In this document: in pieces, positions 13,678 to 22,745 of the stretch | Layout of the letters: each line of letters opens with the position of its first letter | How positions within the stretch are numbered: the stretch's first letter is position 1 | Assembly (NCBI GenBank): GCA_016181275.1 | Contig: JACOZQ010000024.1 | Span: 661 to 53,405 of the forward strand | Length of the DNA stretch: 52,745 nucleotides | Source: Candidatus Woesearchaeota archaeon | GTDB lineage: Archaea > Nanobdellota > Nanobdellia > SCGC-AAA011-G17 > ARS1403 | Direction of reading: 5' to 3' | The notes under the pieces: generated by a model | What the model saw: only the letters and a program-made list of their open reading frames with translations | Told to the model about the DNA's origin: nothing | Databases searched by the model: none | Made by a program: the position numbers and the translations under genes

Positions 13678-16600
13678 TTAAACTTTCAAGCTGACAACGT
13701 GGCTCATTCCATCCTTGTGCATTGAAACGCCATACAGCTTGTCTGCCTTTGAAATAACTGAATCATTATGTGTAATAACTATATACTGTGCTTTTTCAGA
13801 ATATTTCTTTATTAACTCTGACAGCTTTTCCGAGTTTTTCTTATCCAATGCTGCATCAACTTCGTCGAGCAAATAGAATGGTGCTGGCTCGTGCTCCTGT
13901 ATTGAAAATATAAAAGATAATGCTGTCAATGTCTTTTCACCTCCAGACAAGCTTTTGATATCAAGATATTTATTATTTGCAATCTTGACCATGACTTGGA
14001 TGCCACCTTCCAATGGCTTCTCTGGATTTTCCAATACCAAATGAGCTGTTCCCTTTGTTGTCAGCTGGGAAAAAATACCTTCGAAGTTTTTGTTTATTTC
14101 ATTAAATGTTTTCATGAAAACACCTGTCTTTTTTGATTCTACTTCTTCAATCATTTTCATGACATCTTGCTTTTCGCTTCCCAGTTTTTCTGATTTCTGC
14201 TCCAAAAGATAATACTCTTTTCCAACTTCTTCATAAATTTCCAAGGCACGAAGATTGACGTTGCCCATATTCTTCATCATGGATTCAAATTTTGTTATTT
14301 CATCTTTCAATTGGGCTTCTGTAAGACCTTTCCTTAAAGGCACCTCTTTAAATTCCTGGAATTCCATTCTCAATCCTTGTATCTCTGAGATTACTTTTGC
14401 CTTATCTATTGAGAAATTATTAATCCTCTCATAAAATATCTGGGTTTTATTCTGCTCATTGTTAATTTTTATTTCCTGCTTCTGAATAAATTCATTTAAT
14501 TTTTCTCTTTTGCCGAGCATGCCTTTAAAATTGCTGTATAATTCTAACTCTTGCTTTTCTTTTTCTTTTATTTCCTTTGACCTGTCTTTTACTATTGCAT
14601 CCAGCTGCCTTATCTCTGCATTAAACTGCTCCAATTGAGATAAATTCTGCTTTATGATGCGCGACATTGACTCCTTTTCAGGCATTATCAGCTCGCTTAT
14701 CTGCGACGATAAATTATTCATTTCAGATTTTAACATGATCTTTTTCTCTGAAAGCCCTTGAATTTCTTTTTCTAATGACTCAATTTCTTCCATGATTTTA
14801 GGATTTCTTTTTTTCCCAATTTTTTCCCTTAAATCAGATCTTTTGTTTTTTAGCTCATTTAAAATCTTCAAGCTCTTGCTTATATTTGAAGCCAGCTCAT
14901 TGAGCTCTGAATTCAGCTGCTTAAATTTTTGAGAAAGCTCTTGTTTTTCCTTGTAAACATTTTCTATATCACCGACAGATGCTTGTATCTTCAGTATCTC
15001 TCCTTCAAATGTTGATTTTTCTTCTCTTGCCTTGCTTATCTTTCCTTCATTTTCAGCAAGCCTCTTATCAAGAGTTTGTATTAAAGATTTCAATCTTGTT
15101 ATTTCCGACGACAAAGAAGAAATATTCTTGTCAATGTCCGGAGTTAAAAACGTTGATGATCTTTTTGTCCTAAATCCTCCGATCATTGCTCCCGACTGCT
15201 CAACCAAATCTCCGTCTAGAGTAACCATCCTATGCTTTCCAATCCCAATTTTTCTTGCTGCTTCAATATTATCTACTATAACCGTGCTTCCAAGTACATA
15301 ACTAAAAGCCGAGCTGAATTTATTATCAAACTTTATCAGATCGATTGCCAGATCATACCCTTCTTTTACTTTTAATGGAGGCGAGGTTTTCAACTTGTTC
15401 AATGGAAGAAAAATTGCAGTCCCAAATTTATTCTTCTTCAAATATTGAATGCATTTTGCTGCTATCTCATCATCCTTAACAATTATACTGTTTAACCTAG
15501 AGCCGGCTGCCACTTCAATTGCCAGAGAATATTGAGAAGGAACTTGAGCAAGCTCTGCAAACGTTCCATAAACTCCCTGCACATTTAATGATTTTATTTT
15601 GTTTACAGATTGGTTAAATGAAGACTCTTTTGCCATTGATTGCCGGGTCTTTAATCTTGCATGCTCCTCCATGATTTGTTGCAATTTTATTCTTGCTGAA
15701 GATAACTGATTTAGAATTGTCGAATCCTCGTCGGAAGACTTGCTCAGATTTTCAGCTGCCTGTTTGAACTTTTTCTTTAAACCATCTAAATTTGACAACT
15801 GCTGCTTGCTAGCCAATTTTTCAATAACGCTTAATCTTAATTCTATTTTGTCTTTTTCCCTCAGCAATTCAAGCCGCTTCTCATCAAAGCTTCCTTTGCT
15901 TATTTCATCTATCTTTGAATCTATTTCTGCAAGGCTGCTTTCAAAATCATCAAAATTATATTTTTCCTTGATCTTGCTCAAATCTTGTTCTTTCTTTGCT
16001 TTTTGTTTTTCCAGCTTCTCGATTTCTTCTTTTAACTGTGAATTCTTTTTATGGAAATCTTGAACTTTCTTGTCAGAATCCTGCAATGAGAACTGCAGTT
16101 GCGATTTTCTTTCATTCAATGATTTCACTTCATTTTGCAATGTCGACAACCGGGTTATATCTTCTCTCAAAGAATCTTTCAATGACTCAATATCTTTGTG
16201 CAATGCCTGCTGGCTTGCCTCTCCGCTTTTTTCCAAACTGCTGTTCAGCTCGCCCAATTCCTGCTGCTTTTCTTTTAATTCATTTTGAAATTGCGAAACT
16301 TTTTCATTTATTGAATTAATCTGATCCTGATTTTTGTTTATTGAATTTGTAACTTGGTTGAGCTTGTCTTCCTTTTGCTTTACCTGGACATTCAAGAAAG
16401 TTGCTTTATTCCTGTTAATATTTTTCTCCAATTCTTTATAGCGGGAAGCCTGCTCATAATCTTTCTTCAGTTCTTTCAAGTAAGTTCCTCGTTCTGCCAG
16501 CACAATGCTTACTTCTTTTAGCTGAGACTCGACTTTATCGAGCTCACGGACAGCTTTCTCTTTCTTGTCTTCATAAACCGAAATTCCAGAGATCTCTTCT

Positions 16601-17085
16601 ATTATTTCTCTTCTTTCTTCAGACGGCATTTCTGCTGCATGAACAATATCTCCTTGAAGGATAATATTATGGCCATCTGGATTGATCTTTGCTGCTGCCA
16701 ATAAATCTATGATTTGCTGCCTTGTCCTTAACTCTCCATTTATGAAATATTTTGACTGACCATTATGTCTTACTAGTCTTTTTATTTCAATCTCTTTTGC
16801 CTTTGCAGGAAATGAGCCTGATTCATTGTCAAATAAAATAGAAACATATGCCTCTTTTGCAGGATTGCCTTTTTTTCCTCCATTGTAAATTAATTTTGCT
16901 GAGTTCTCTGCACGCATTGATTTTGAAGACAATCTTCCCAGAACAAAACACAAACTATCAACGACATTCGATTTACCAGATCCATTAGGCCCGATAACAG
17001 CAGAAAAATCCTTGGAAAAAGGCAGATCTATCGGTTTCGCAAAGGACTTGAAGCCGTGCATCTTCATCTTTTTAATGTATGTCAT
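13678..17085 (-). CDS. smc: SMC chromosome segregation ATPase
   Basis: Walker A GPNGSGKSN, long coiled coils around a hinge, signature LSGGEKTLTALSF, and Walker B FYLLDEVDAALD. ATG at 17083-17085 (MTYIKKMKMHGFKSF) is preferred over the TTG at 17097. Confidence 0.9.
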   Translation of the reverse strand: MTYIKKMKMHGFKSFAKPIDLPFSKDFSAVIGPNGSGKSNVVDSLCFVLGRLSSKSMRAENSAKLIYNGGKKGNPAKEAYVSILFDNESGSFPAKAKEIEIKRLVRHNGQSKYFINGELRTRQQIIDLLAAAKINPDGHNIILQGDIVHAAEMPSEERREIIEEISGISVYEDKKEKAVRELDKVESQLKEVSIVLAERGTYLKELKKDYEQASRYKELEKNINRNKATFLNVQVKQKEDKLNQVTNSINKNQDQINSINEKVSQFQNELKEKQQELGELNSSLEKSGEASQQALHKDIESLKDSLREDITRLSTLQNEVKSLNERKSQLQFSLQDSDKKVQDFHKKNSQLKEEIEKLEKQKAKKEQDLSKIKEKYNFDDFESSLAEIDSKIDEISKGSFDEKRLELLREKDKIELRLSVIEKLASKQQLSNLDGLKKKFKQAAENLSKSSDEDSTILNQLSSARIKLQQIMEEHARLKTRQSMAKESSFNQSVNKIKSLNVQGVYGTFAELAQVPSQYSLAIEVAAGSRLNSIIVKDDEIAAKCIQYLKKNKFGTAIFLPLNKLKTSPPLKVKEGYDLAIDLIKFDNKFSSAFSYVLGSTVIVDNIEAARKIGIGKHRMVTLDGDLVEQSGAMIGGFRTKRSSTFLTPDIDKNISSLSSEITRLKSLIQTLDKRLAENEGKISKAREEKSTFEGEILKIQASVGDIENVYKEKQELSQKFKQLNSELNELASNISKSLKILNELKNKRSDLREKIGKKRNPKIMEEIESLEKEIQGLSEKKIMLKSEMNNLSSQISELIMPEKESMSRIIKQNLSQLEQFNAEIRQLDAIVKDRSKEIKEKEKQELELYSNFKGMLGKREKLNEFIQKQEIKINNEQNKTQIFYERINNFSIDKAKVISEIQGLRMEFQEFKEVPLRKGLTEAQLKDEITKFESMMKNMGNVNLRALEIYEEVGKEYYLLEQKSEKLGSEKQDVMKMIEEVESKKTGVFMKTFNEINKNFEGIFSQLTTKGTAHLVLENPEKPLEGGIQVMVKIANNKYLDIKSLSGGEKTLTALSFIFSIQEHEPAPFYLLDEVDAALDKKNSEKLSELIKKYSEKAQYIVITHNDSVISKADKLYGVSMHKDGMSHVVSLKV

Positions 17086-17191
17086 TGCTAAAAACAAATC
17101 TACAAATGAGATTTATATATTTTTCCTATATTTATTTTATCCAACTTTTACTTTGGAAAGAAATAAATAATTAACCTATTATCAAATTCAC

Positions 17192-19840
17192 ATGAGTCTG
17201 GAAGCAATAGTGACGAGATTAGAGATAACTCCAAATGGGGAGTTGTATGCGGGCTTTAGAAATCTTGGGGGTATTTTTTTTCCATGGAAAAATTTATTCT
17301 TTACCAAAAGCTTGGGAACTAATTCAGGTGATTTTAATAGCGCTATGGAAACTAATTTAAATTATGAAAGGGTAAGAAGACAAATAAAAGATAATGCTGC
17401 TCTCAGAAATTTCAAGGATAGATTAAAAACAACTTATTATTGGATATACCAGCTGTTTGCTCCCATAAATATAAAAGATTTGTTGCCTGATGAATTTATA
17501 ATTGGCGGATATACACCAAAAGCAAGATATCAACTTGCAAATCCTGGAACATTTGTGTCATTGGAAGACAAGGTTGTTGATGCATTACAATCTAAAAAAA
17601 TAATTGATGGAAAAATTTTTGAGCTAAAATCTCGCATTAATACTGCAAGAAAAAAATCTTATGCTACAAGAACTTTCAACATTTTAAATAATCTATTTGA
17701 AAATTATTCTGGAAATTTTCAGCAGATTCTTGAAAAGGCAGAATTAAATATTATATTAAAAAAATTAGATGTTGGCTTTATTCAAAGCATGATGGAAATT
17801 TCTGAGCTGGTAGCTGAAACCAATAAAAGACTTGATGGTGTTTCTTTGACATATACGCATGATTCTAAAAATAGAAGATCTCATTTCCCAAGAGTTGAAA
17901 TGCAAAATTATGATTTTCTAAAACATTGGAGAAAGATGACTGCTGATGAATTCTTTGGAATGAAATGGCTTTTTATCGACATTGAAATTCCTAATTTCAG
18001 AAATGAAAATGCTGGCATAACCTGGGTTGGAATAAAAATTTATGACAATGGGGATGTTGTCAATGAAATTTATACTACCCATAGTTTACAAGAAAAGGAA
18101 ATTGGAAGTTACAAAATTTTTAAAAGTGATAATCCTGCAGCATTGATTGAAAAATTAAGCACTAAAATTAATTATATTAATCCAGATGTTGTCGTCAGTT
18201 ATACAAATTTTGACCTTGTGGAATTAAAAGAAAGTGAAGTTGGATTTCCAATCGGGGAAAAAGAGACTAATCCTTTGTTTAAAGTAACTACTCCATTTTT
18301 TGAAAGAATTAGTGTAAAGGACAGGCTTGTTATTGATTTCATGAGATGGCAAAGAATTGCAAGAATTTTTGACATAAATGCTAAACTTGAGATGGCTGTT
18401 GGATTTGAGAAAGAGCTTGGATATGATGAACTGGAAGCATTGGAAAATGGGAGTATAGAAGGTAAAACTAAAATTGCAGAATATCTTGCCAGCGATGTTG
18501 ACAGATTATCTTCAATATTTTTACTTGATGAATTCAAAAAATGCACTGAAGATATTTTATGGATTTCAGCTGAAATGTGCAATGACATGAGTATAAACAT
18601 TGAAAGATTATTCCACAATCCGAATACAATAAATGATATTCAGGAGAGAAACTATCTGATTAAGAATGGAATATTTAGATCAGAAGTTCCTCCCTACTTC
18701 AAAACAAAAGATAATCAGAAAAAAGAAAAAAATTCCGGAGATACATTTGAACAATTTATAAATGATAAAATTATTGATAGTAACGTTGAAGGCCTTGTCA
18801 AAGATGTGCATAAGGTGTATATTCCAATAGGAGATTTTTTCAGAAGACAACTTGCACTGCAATCAGATGACATAAAAAGATTTTTTGAATACAAAGATCA
18901 ATTCAGAGACGATAAAAAAAGATTATTTTTCCTAGAACAATATGCCAAATCCTTAGCAAGATGGATGATAACCGATATTGGAAGCTTTATAAGAGAAAAA
19001 GTCGAGCTAAATGGAATGATTAGTCCTTTCGAGCCACTTCCAAATGGATTTTTTAGAGAAAGAAAATTTCTCAATCCTGATGATTTCAAAGAGTTTTTTG
19101 AACAAGAAGGAAAACTAAGACGTCATAACAACAGATTTTCAGCAAATTATAAAGTTGGCATTCAGAATGTTTTTAGCGAGATTAATAGAAGGGCTGAAGA
19201 GATAAATAAATTCCTAGCTAAAAATAATTTTCAGATAGTCGCAAGAGAAGGGTATTATTTATACTTAATTGGAGATGAATCTGCTCTTCTCGAAAAAGAT
19301 TCACCTGTTGTTGCCGTAGATAAAATACCTAAATTGTATAATGCTGACAAACCTTATTACAAAAAACATGGGTTCATTTCACATATGAGAATAGAAGATG
19401 ACCCGACTTATCATCTTTGCGTTTTTGAGATGGATGCACTTGGAGACATTATAAATCATTTATTAGATGGAAGACATGAACTGACCAGATTAAGATTTGA
19501 TATTGCTTTGAATGATCTTAGAAAATGTGACATTCCTGTTGAAGACTTAATTTTTAGAAATGAATCTAAAGAAAGATATTTTGCATTTACAAAAGATGGA
19601 TATAAAACTTCAAAGACACATTTCGTGCTTGAAGGAAGGTTTTTGAGAGATCCTGTTTTGACTGATTATGAAAATGAGCTGAGCTATTATGAAAATTCTC
19701 TTTCAGGAAAAAATATAAGAATATATCATCTTGATTTTGGATCTCTTGAAATAAATCATTCTGCATATTTTTCAAGAATTTTTGAAAGAGGAAAAAGAAT
19801 ATTAGCGCCCGTGATGGAAAAACAGCTTGAAATTTTTTAA
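17192..19840 (+). CDS. Family-B DNA polymerase-like protein with recognisable 3'-5' exonuclease motifs and highly divergent polymerase motifs
   Basis: Exo I WLFIDIE (nt 17972-17986), Exo II VVSYTNFDLVEL, and Exo III YLASDVDRLSSIF occur in the PolB order and spacing. Downstream segments are colinear with motifs A, B and C and KxY, but are poorly conserved (IGDFFRRQL, KSLARWM, YLYLIGDES, YYKKHGF). Confidence 0.55.
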   Translation: MSLEAIVTRLEITPNGELYAGFRNLGGIFFPWKNLFFTKSLGTNSGDFNSAMETNLNYERVRRQIKDNAALRNFKDRLKTTYYWIYQLFAPINIKDLLPDEFIIGGYTPKARYQLANPGTFVSLEDKVVDALQSKKIIDGKIFELKSRINTARKKSYATRTFNILNNLFENYSGNFQQILEKAELNIILKKLDVGFIQSMMEISELVAETNKRLDGVSLTYTHDSKNRRSHFPRVEMQNYDFLKHWRKMTADEFFGMKWLFIDIEIPNFRNENAGITWVGIKIYDNGDVVNEIYTTHSLQEKEIGSYKIFKSDNPAALIEKLSTKINYINPDVVVSYTNFDLVELKESEVGFPIGEKETNPLFKVTTPFFERISVKDRLVIDFMRWQRIARIFDINAKLEMAVGFEKELGYDELEALENGSIEGKTKIAEYLASDVDRLSSIFLLDEFKKCTEDILWISAEMCNDMSINIERLFHNPNTINDIQERNYLIKNGIFRSEVPPYFKTKDNQKKEKNSGDTFEQFINDKIIDSNVEGLVKDVHKVYIPIGDFFRRQLALQSDDIKRFFEYKDQFRDDKKRLFFLEQYAKSLARWMITDIGSFIREKVELNGMISPFEPLPNGFFRERKFLNPDDFKEFFEQEGKLRRHNNRFSANYKVGIQNVFSEINRRAEEINKFLAKNNFQIVAREGYYLYLIGDESALLEKDSPVVAVDKIPKLYNADKPYYKKHGFISHMRIEDDPTYHLCVFEMDALGDIINHLLDGRHELTRLRFDIALNDLRKCDIPVEDLIFRNESKERYFAFTKDGYKTSKTHFVLEGRFLRDPVLTDYENELSYYENSLSGKNIRIYHLDFGSLEINHSAYFSRIFERGKRILAPVMEKQLEIF

Positions 19841-20502
19841 TATTCATTCAATTTTTTTTGTTCTTTTTCTTCCACCTGCTTTTTATATGTCATCCATGAT
19901 TTTCTAAAAAGTTCTGGATGCTTGTCAAAATTTTCCTTTACAAACTTCTGGCATTGCGGATTTGACATGTAGCCAGTTCCAATTTTCTGGCCTATTTTCT
20001 TTTCGATGAGCTCGACTTCGTAATCTCTTTTATTTTTTGCAATTATAGAAGCTGCTGAAACCTCAACATGGTTTTTATCTGCTTTGTGCTCTACAATGAG
20101 CTCAATTTCAGGATTATTCAAATATTTTTTTAAATAATTTTTATACGCATTTATATTCGGAGAAGGACAATCTATAATCGCCCTATCTGACTTGAGATAA
20201 TTAATTAATTCAGCTGTTTTTCTTGCTTCAAGCCAGTTTAAATTTAATGCATCATAACCATGAACTGCTTTATCTATCTCTTCTGGTTGTACAATAATAA
20301 TTTTATGATTTTTTATAATCTTTAAAATTTGTTTTCCTAGCAGAATTCTTTTTTTCCCAGTTAATAATTTAGAGTCTCTTGCTCCAATGGATTTCAATCT
20401 GGTTGAATCTTCTTCATTTATCAAAACTCCGGCTATTACTAATGGACCAATAATAGGACCTCTACCGGCTTCATCAATCCCGACAACAAATACCATCTTC
20501 AA
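19837..20502 (-). CDS. rnhB: Ribonuclease HII
   Basis: VVGIDEAGRGPIIGPLVIAGV and SAASIIAK motifs are present. The size is typical of archaeal RNase HII. Confidence 0.9.
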   Translation of the reverse strand: MKMVFVVGIDEAGRGPIIGPLVIAGVLINEEDSTRLKSIGARDSKLLTGKKRILLGKQILKIIKNHKIIIVQPEEIDKAVHGYDALNLNWLEARKTAELINYLKSDRAIIDCPSPNINAYKNYLKKYLNNPEIELIVEHKADKNHVEVSAASIIAKNKRDYEVELIEKKIGQKIGTGYMSNPQCQKFVKENFDKHPELFRKSWMTYKKQVEEKEQKKLNEY

Positions 20503-20532
20503 AACATAATTAAAGCAGTATAATTATTTTAC

Positions 20533-21939
20533 TTATTGCCTGGCCTTCAAAGCTTCCACTGTCGGCAATTTTTCCTCGATCAAATACTTGAATAATGGAG
20601 CTGTATTCTTTGAAAGATAATTTATATTCTTCATCGGAATGTTGAACTGCTTGAAGCAATTCACCGTCGATTCTCCCAATACAAATGTAAATGCATTTGA
20701 TTTTCCTAGCTCTTCCAAAACAGCTTTTGTAGCTTCTCTAAAATTCTCATCCTCTATTTTTCCTAAAGGTCCTTTTATTATTATTGTTTTTGCTTTTCTA
20801 ATCAAAGACAAATAATTTTCCAGTGTTTGAGATCCTATTTCATTTAAATTTTGATAGATTGGCAGTCTCAACAAAGAAACCTGCTCAGCCATACCGAAAG
20901 TTGAGATCTTGTAATCTTCAGGAAGAATTATATTCTCATATCCAACTAATTTCTTTAAGTCTGAGTTTATTTTTATTTTTTCTTTTTTCAGCTCCTGCTC
21001 TTGAGCTCCAAGTTTATCTCCTTTCGCAAGATGAAGTAAATGAGATAGATAACCTGAAGTAAGAATTGTATTTGCTCTCTTTTTTTCTAATGAAACTTTT
21101 ATAAGATTTATAAGCTGCTCTGGTTTGTTCCCTCCCAAAATATACAAGCAAGGTTTTGCTGGATTCAACAAATGATTTGCAGCATCTATTTCTTTTTCAA
21201 AATATCTTCCAATACATGTCTGCATAATTTTAGGAAATCCTGTTAATGAAGTATAGGAGAAATGAGCTAATGAAAACGCATCATTAACATAATAATCTGC
21301 TAATGAAGAGAGTATTTTAACAAGGTTTGTTTTAGCCTGCTTTTTCTCTTTTATCTTTTCCTCCTTGTCAGCAAAAAGATTTTTTAAGATTATAACATCT
21401 CCAGATTTCATTGACTTTATTGCTTGCTGCGCTTGTTCCCCGATCAAGTCGTCAACATAAGTTATATTCTGGTTTAGTTTCTTTGACAAATACTCTGCAT
21501 GCATATTCATGAATGGAAATGATTTTTCTTTTGGCTGCTGAGATTGATGAGCTAAAACTACAACTCTTGCTTGCTTTTCTATCAGCTCTAATATTGTCGG
21601 CAGGTGATGTGAGAAATGCTCTGTTGGAATAAATTCTGGAGATAATTGGGAATCCAAATCCAATCTTAATAAAACAATTTTATCTTTGAGTTTGAAATCA
21701 TCTAAAGTCTTGAAATCTTTTATCTTGTATGCATATCCTGCAAAACTTTTCTCTTTAAGCCTAGTGGAATCCTGGATTACTTTTGATGCCGGCTCCTTTT
21801 TTACTTCTCCCCACTTAACCAATCTTCTTAATGAGGATTGAATTGACTTTAATGAGTTGCCTGTGGCTTTGGCTATCTCGTTGCTCAACAACCAAGAATT
21901 ACTTTTCTTTAATGCTTTTTTTACCTCTTCCTGCCCCAT
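20533..21939 (-). CDS. pgk: Phosphoglycerate kinase-like protein with an N-terminal winged-helix extension
   Basis: Residues ~75-468 are colinear with archaeal PGK (FKTLDDFKLKDKIVLLRLDLD, VVLAHQSQQP, ILGGNKPEQ, KGPLGKIEDENF). The first ~60 aa (LSNEIAKATGNSLKSIQSSLRRLVKWGEV) look like a wHTH. Confidence 0.7.
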   Translation of the reverse strand: MGQEEVKKALKKSNSWLLSNEIAKATGNSLKSIQSSLRRLVKWGEVKKEPASKVIQDSTRLKEKSFAGYAYKIKDFKTLDDFKLKDKIVLLRLDLDSQLSPEFIPTEHFSHHLPTILELIEKQARVVVLAHQSQQPKEKSFPFMNMHAEYLSKKLNQNITYVDDLIGEQAQQAIKSMKSGDVIILKNLFADKEEKIKEKKQAKTNLVKILSSLADYYVNDAFSLAHFSYTSLTGFPKIMQTCIGRYFEKEIDAANHLLNPAKPCLYILGGNKPEQLINLIKVSLEKKRANTILTSGYLSHLLHLAKGDKLGAQEQELKKEKIKINSDLKKLVGYENIILPEDYKISTFGMAEQVSLLRLPIYQNLNEIGSQTLENYLSLIRKAKTIIIKGPLGKIEDENFREATKAVLEELGKSNAFTFVLGESTVNCFKQFNIPMKNINYLSKNTAPLFKYLIEEKLPTVEALKARQ

Positions 21940-21975
21940 TTTTAGTTTTAACTATAATGAAAGGGATTTTAAACA

Positions 21976-22614
21976 TTATTGTTCTGTTGAAATACTTTTT
22001 ATCTTATAATATTCAATTGCCTTGTACAAGCATTTCAAAGGATCCTTGTCGAATTTTTCCAGTTTGAAATTATCCCTTCCTGATAAGAGAATCTTTATCG
22101 CTTTCTCATCTTCCTTGACTATGCTGCGGGATTTTATTTTATCCAGATAAACAATTCTTTTAACTCCTGATTGGATTATGGACCTGACGCAAGCCAAGCA
22201 TGGAAATCCTGTAACATACAATGTAGAATTTTCTATATAAAACTGTTTGTTCAGAATTGCATTTTTTTCTGCATGCTCGATAAACAGATATTTTTCAGGA
22301 CGAGTTAATGGAATCAAATGGTCTTTAGAACCTCTAGGAAAACCATTATAGCCAATGCTTAAAACTTTATTATTTTCATCAACGATAACACAGCCATTTT
22401 TTTGAGATGGATCAATTGAGCGCATTGAAATCAATATTGCCATTGACATAAAATATTCATCCCATTTCGGCTTTTTCCAGTGCTCAAATAAGTCCTTGTT
22501 TAAATTATTAGAATGCGAAATATGCTCTTTAAATAAATAATTTAAATCATCAATATGAGATTCCAAATAAGTTTCATCCTTTTCAACATTCACCTTCTTT
22601 TTATCAGAATCCAT
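21976..22614 (-). CDS. dCMP deaminase (CMP/dCMP zinc deaminase family)
   Basis: HAEKNAI and PCLACVRSI zinc-ligand motifs are present, as is GYNGFPRG. There is a ~60-aa N-terminal extension. Confidence 0.8.
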   Translation of the reverse strand: MDSDKKKVNVEKDETYLESHIDDLNYLFKEHISHSNNLNKDLFEHWKKPKWDEYFMSMAILISMRSIDPSQKNGCVIVDENNKVLSIGYNGFPRGSKDHLIPLTRPEKYLFIEHAEKNAILNKQFYIENSTLYVTGFPCLACVRSIIQSGVKRIVYLDKIKSRSIVKEDEKAIKILLSGRDNFKLEKFDKDPLKCLYKAIEYYKIKSISTEQ

Positions 22615-22745
22615 ACAGATTCATAAAAGACAAGAATATAAAAACATAATTATCCTAAATAGATTATTTTACCCGACATATTTGACATGCCATCATAAGG
22701 CTTTTAAATCTATATTTTAAAGAATATAAAAAAGAGTTTTCTGAC

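Noticed and set aside
13678-17097. Several 60-110-aa plus-strand ORFs inside the smc gene (for example 14979-15173, 15032-15301, 15740-16063, 15996-16319, 16070-16288).
   Set aside because: They are antisense shadows of a long coiled-coil gene with biased codon use. They have leucine/serine/phenylalanine-rich low-complexity products, no start signals, and are fully contained in a well-supported CDS.
18199-18618. A 139-aa minus-strand ORF inside the PolB-like gene.
   Set aside because: It is antisense to the region encoding the Exo II and Exo III motifs. It has no motif or start signal of its own.
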